A DNA stretch of 64,000 nucleotides from assembly GCA_963809665.1 (NCBI GenBank), contig CAWEKC010000001.1, forward strand, positions 6,852 through 70,851, in the 5' to 3' direction. Shown piece by piece: positions 60,854 to 64,000 of the stretch. Numbering within the stretch: position 1 is the stretch's first letter; each line of letters begins with the position of its first letter. This stretch comes from Candidatus Gottesmanbacteria bacterium. GTDB taxonomy: Bacteria > Patescibacteriota > Microgenomatia > UBA10105 > UBA927. The notes beneath the pieces are model-generated. The model was given only the letters and a program-made list of their open reading frames with translations. It did no database searches and was not told the DNA's origin. Made by a program: the position numbers and the translations under genes.

Positions 60854-61339
60854 ATGAGAATACTAGGAATAGATCCCGGGATTGCGCGTGTAGGATGGGC
60901 TGTCATCGAAACAAATCTCCCCGAACCAATTCCCGTATCATTCGGCTGTATCACGACGGAAAAAAATGAAAGGCCCGGAGACAGGCTTTCCAAAATTCAT
61001 GAGGCGGTACAACTGCTGATCCGTAAATTTCATCCCGACTGCATGAGCGTGGAAGAGTTGTTCTTTGCCGCGAATGTGACGACGGGAATCGGCGTCGGGC
61101 AATCGCGCGGCGTCATACTGCTTGCGGCGGCAGATGCAGGTATACCTGTGGTATCATATACTCCGCTTGCGGTGAAACGGACAATTACCGGCGACGGAAG
61201 GGCGGATAAAAAACAGGTGACAGCGATGGTCATCCGTATTCTTAAGCTGAAAAAAGCGCCACTTCTTGACGATACCGCGGACGCGCTGGCAATTGCCATG
61301 ACCCATGCGTATAGTTATAAAATGAAACAAATCGTATGA
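60854..61339 (+). CDS. ruvC: Crossover junction endodeoxyribonuclease RuvC
   Basis: ILGIDPG, EELFF, GRADKKQV and DDTADALAIA motifs. Confidence 0.96.
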   Translation: MRILGIDPGIARVGWAVIETNLPEPIPVSFGCITTEKNERPGDRLSKIHEAVQLLIRKFHPDCMSVEELFFAANVTTGIGVGQSRGVILLAAADAGIPVVSYTPLAVKRTITGDGRADKKQVTAMVIRILKLKKAPLLDDTADALAIAMTHAYSYKMKQIV

Positions 61340-61908
61340 TCGGAAGATTGACCGGCACAATAGTATCCCACCTGCACAATCCGCTCATCATTGATGTGCA
61401 CGGCGTAGGGTATGTTGTACGGGTTCCGGAACGGTTTCTTGCAAGCGTTAAACCGGGTCGTCAGCACACACTCCTTATCCATTCGCATATCCGCGAAGAC
61501 GCGTTTGATCTATACGGATTTGCAACACAACAGGAGTTAGTTCTGTTCGAATTATTGTTGACAGTTTCCGGCATCGGCCCTAAAACGGCACTGGGTGTCG
61601 TTGACCGCGGGGTCGTATCCGTCGAGGATGCAGTACGGAAAAGCGACGTTGATTTTTTTACTACTATCCCCAGACTGGGTACCAAAAACGCACAGAAAAT
61701 AATCATTGAACTTAAAAGCAAGCTGGGAAGCTCCCAAATGCTGGACCTGACCGGAACGGACTCTTCGGAAACCAAACAGATTGTTGAAGCCCTTAGTTCC
61801 ATGGGATTTGAAAAACAGGAAATACGCGAGGCATTAAAAAAACTTGATACCAAAGATGTGACTGTGGAACAAAAAATCCGGCATGCATTAAAATACTTAG
61901 GCAAATGA
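61336..61908 (+). CDS. ruvA: Holliday junction branch migration protein RuvA
   Basis: [25 protein letters not shown] and ALSSMGF motifs. Confidence 0.96.
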   Translation: MIGRLTGTIVSHLHNPLIIDVHGVGYVVRVPERFLASVKPGRQHTLLIHSHIREDAFDLYGFATQQELVLFELLLTVSGIGPKTALGVVDRGVVSVEDAVRKSDVDFFTTIPRLGTKNAQKIIIELKSKLGSSQMLDLTGTDSSETKQIVEALSSMGFEKQEIREALKKLDTKDVTVEQKIRHALKYLGK

Positions 61909-62918
61909 AAAAGAAACCGGTCAAAGACATTATCGGTGAGGAAGTTTCACCTGAAGAAGAAAAACTCTTTATCTCACTGCGGGCGGCAACGTGGCGGGAA
62001 TTTGCCGGGCAGGCGCAGGTTAAGGAAAATATCAGGATCGCCATCACCGCAGCAAAAAAACGCAAAGAATCCGTTGAGCACATCCTCCTCTACGGCCCGC
62101 CGGGACTGGGGAAAACAACGCTCGCCCATATCATCGGCCGTGAAATGGGAGTCAATGTCCGCGTTACGAGCGGCCCCGCCATTGAACGCGCTGGGGATCT
62201 GGCGGCAATCCTCACGAATCTTGCGCCAGGAGACATTTTGTTTATCGATGAAATCCACCGGCTCAACAAAGTCGTCGAGGAAACCCTCTATCCTGCCATG
62301 GAAGATTTTGCCCTGGATATAGTCATCGGAAAGGGCCCGTCTGCCCGTACCCTTCGCTTGGATTTACCACGGTTTACAATTATCGGGGCGACAACCCGGG
62401 TAGGACTATTATCTTCTCCTATGCGCGACCGGTTCGGCGTTATCCACCGGCTGTCATTCTACCAGCCGAAAGAACTCGAATCCATTATCACGAGGGCCGC
62501 GGAAAAACTGAAAATTAAGATAGACCCGAAAGCGAAAGTTGAGCTTGCACGGCGAAGTCGCGGCACTCCGCGAATTGCACTCAGATTACTCAAGCGCGCG
62601 CGCGACGTGGCACAGGTTGAGGGAGATGGTATGATTACGCCCGCGATCCTTGACCGGTCACTGAATATGCTGGAAATAGACGAGGCGGGTCTGGATGCTT
62701 CGGACAGGAGACTTATTAATACGCTCATCGACTCATTCGGCGGCGGACCGGTAGGAATTGAAACAATCGCCGCAGCACTCTCTGAAGATATCGGAACAGT
62801 CGAAGAAGTACTGGAGCCGTACCTCATGCAGATCGGTTTTATCAAACGATCTCCGCGCGGACGCGTGGCCACGAAACACGCATATACGCATCTCGGGAAA
62901 ACCTATCCGAAGAGGTAA
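61905..62918 (+). CDS. ruvB: Holliday junction branch migration helicase RuvB
   Basis: [27 protein letters not shown] and PRGR motifs. Confidence 0.97.
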   Translation: MKKKPVKDIIGEEVSPEEEKLFISLRAATWREFAGQAQVKENIRIAITAAKKRKESVEHILLYGPPGLGKTTLAHIIGREMGVNVRVTSGPAIERAGDLAAILTNLAPGDILFIDEIHRLNKVVEETLYPAMEDFALDIVIGKGPSARTLRLDLPRFTIIGATTRVGLLSSPMRDRFGVIHRLSFYQPKELESIITRAAEKLKIKIDPKAKVELARRSRGTPRIALRLLKRARDVAQVEGDGMITPAILDRSLNMLEIDEAGLDASDRRLINTLIDSFGGGPVGIETIAAALSEDIGTVEEVLEPYLMQIGFIKRSPRGRVATKHAYTHLGKTYPKR

Positions 62919-63755
62919 TTATTTAAGCGCAGCATCCACTGCGATCTGCATATCCTTGAAACTGTATGCACCGGCAAAGTTCGTCGCGTTGACGAAAAAT
63001 CCGGGCGTCCCGCCAACCCCTAGACCGGAAGCCAATTGCGTATCGGCCGCAAGTCTTGAGTCATATTTTCCGGAATCAAGACACGATTTCATGAACGCCG
63101 GATCAACCGCGGACGCCAGGAAGGTTGCCATGTCACCCGACTTCGTCTTATCATTTTTCACAATAGGTCCCGTAGATGCGGTACCTGCCGGATCGGTGCC
63201 GTTTTGGATCTCGTATCCCTTTTCACTCATGAGCAGATCACTCGCTTCCCAGAATTTATTTTTTTCAAACGCACAGTAGAGGGCCTTCATGGCCATTTCG
63301 CCGTTCCCGTGTCCCGGACTGTAAATATAGGTATATGATGCCTTACCGCCATCTACGAGTTTTTTGAATTCAGGAACCGGAGGAATATACGTCCCGCCCT
63401 GATCGGCTGTCTTAAACTGTGCCAGCTGGGGAACCGAAGCTGCAAGCTCAGGATCCCTTCCCCCTGCAAGGTGGCAATACGGACAGCTCGGATCTGCGAC
63501 TTCAACTAAAATGAGCTTGCTGTCAGCTTTACCGAATTTTATGACCGCTTTACTAAATGCATCTTTAACCTGTGCGATTGTTATTGTCGGAGCAGCAGCT
63601 CCCGGAGGAGGAGTCGTACCCGCTGCAGCCGGAGCGGCAGAGCCGCCTTTCTGCAAATATTGGACTTTGGCAGTCAGGTTTCCGATAAAATAAGCGGCAA
63701 CAATAAGCGCTACGACGAGAACAATTTGTAAAATGTTTTTGTTTTTTTCAACCAT
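62919..63755 (-). CDS. DsbA/BdbD-family thiol-disulfide oxidoreductase
   Basis: N-terminal TM, CPYC active site, GTP cis-Pro motif and GGAGG SD. Confidence 0.88.
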   Translation of the reverse strand: MVEKNKNILQIVLVVALIVAAYFIGNLTAKVQYLQKGGSAAPAAAGTTPPPGAAAPTITIAQVKDAFSKAVIKFGKADSKLILVEVADPSCPYCHLAGGRDPELAASVPQLAQFKTADQGGTYIPPVPEFKKLVDGGKASYTYIYSPGHGNGEMAMKALYCAFEKNKFWEASDLLMSEKGYEIQNGTDPAGTASTGPIVKNDKTKSGDMATFLASAVDPAFMKSCLDSGKYDSRLAADTQLASGLGVGGTPGFFVNATNFAGAYSFKDMQIAVDAALK

Positions 63756-63808
63756 ATGTACCTCCGGATCAGGATATTCTACTCACAAATAATTTAATAC
63801 ACAAGGGG

Positions 63809-64000
63809 TCAATCCTTACAATCGGTCCCGAGTCCCCCGGGGCAATTTTCAGGCGGAGGCGTGCCTCTCTCAGGGCATGTGAGAGAATAAATGCACGCGT
63901 CGTCCGGAACGGATGCAATTTGTTTCTGAATTGTCGCATCATCGGTCGCATTTGTAATAAGGATTTTGTCCAAATCCTGCGGAACATAGTCCGTAAACTG
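63809..64000 (-). CDS. 3' end of a hypothetical protein with a Cys-rich C-terminus
   Basis: Open frame from the window edge: QFTDYVPQDLDKILITNATDDATIQKQIASVPDDACIYSLTCPERGTPPPENCPGGLGTDCKD*. Not in the ORF track. Confidence 0.55.
   Translation of the reverse strand, partial: QFTDYVPQDLDKILITNATDDATIQKQIASVPDDACIYSLTCPERGTPPPENCPGGLGTDCKD

Noticed and set aside
9328-60993. Long N-terminal extensions in the ORF track (11142, 23276, 23478, 36589, 47366, 49608, 60401, 60993) implying large gene overlaps
   Set aside because: Downstream ATGs match family N-termini and promoter or SD positions and remove the overlaps.
196-63987. Many 60-200 aa alternative-frame and antisense ORFs (e.g. 196..459, 16777..17382, 21299..21775, 45072..45605, 62758..63279, 63769..63987)
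   Set aside because: They lie within well-supported genes and show no recognisable motifs, so they are treated as shadow ORFs.

Overview
Gene-dense, almost entirely minus-strand bacterial DNA (standard code, TGA used as stop). The gene content and style suggest a Patescibacteria/CPR genome, probably Microgenomates; this is inference, not a database result. Bases 1-49.6 kb are one continuous cell-surface glycosylation island. It holds about 21 predicted multi-pass GT-C-fold glycosyltransferases in four families (11 ArnT/PMT-like, 4 YfhO-like, 4 'PTPS-related', 2 MptA/B-like). It also holds 8 GT2 enzymes (three resembling polyprenol-phosphate-sugar synthases, one fused to a GtrA flippase), one GT4, a Wzx-type flippase, rmlACBD, ugd and an Rmd/Gmd-like SDR. 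Bases 49.6-64 kb are housekeeping and envelope genes: a CAP-domain protein, tsaE/tsaC/half-length tsaB, vanZ, ftsEX with a coiled-coil C39-like peptidase, prfB without the programmed frameshift, zur-znuACB with a consensus promoter containing a palindromic operator, ruvCAB and a DsbA-family protein. Seven genes carry frameshifts, nearly all repairable by removing one base, which I read as sequencing/assembly error. Several promoters place a -10 hexamer 6-8 nt before the ATG (leaderless), including a 19-bp palindromic bidirectional promoter. I found no rRNA, tRNA, CRISPR array or mobile element. The best candidate for an undescribed system is the large GT-C array fed by a few lipid-sugar donor synthases.
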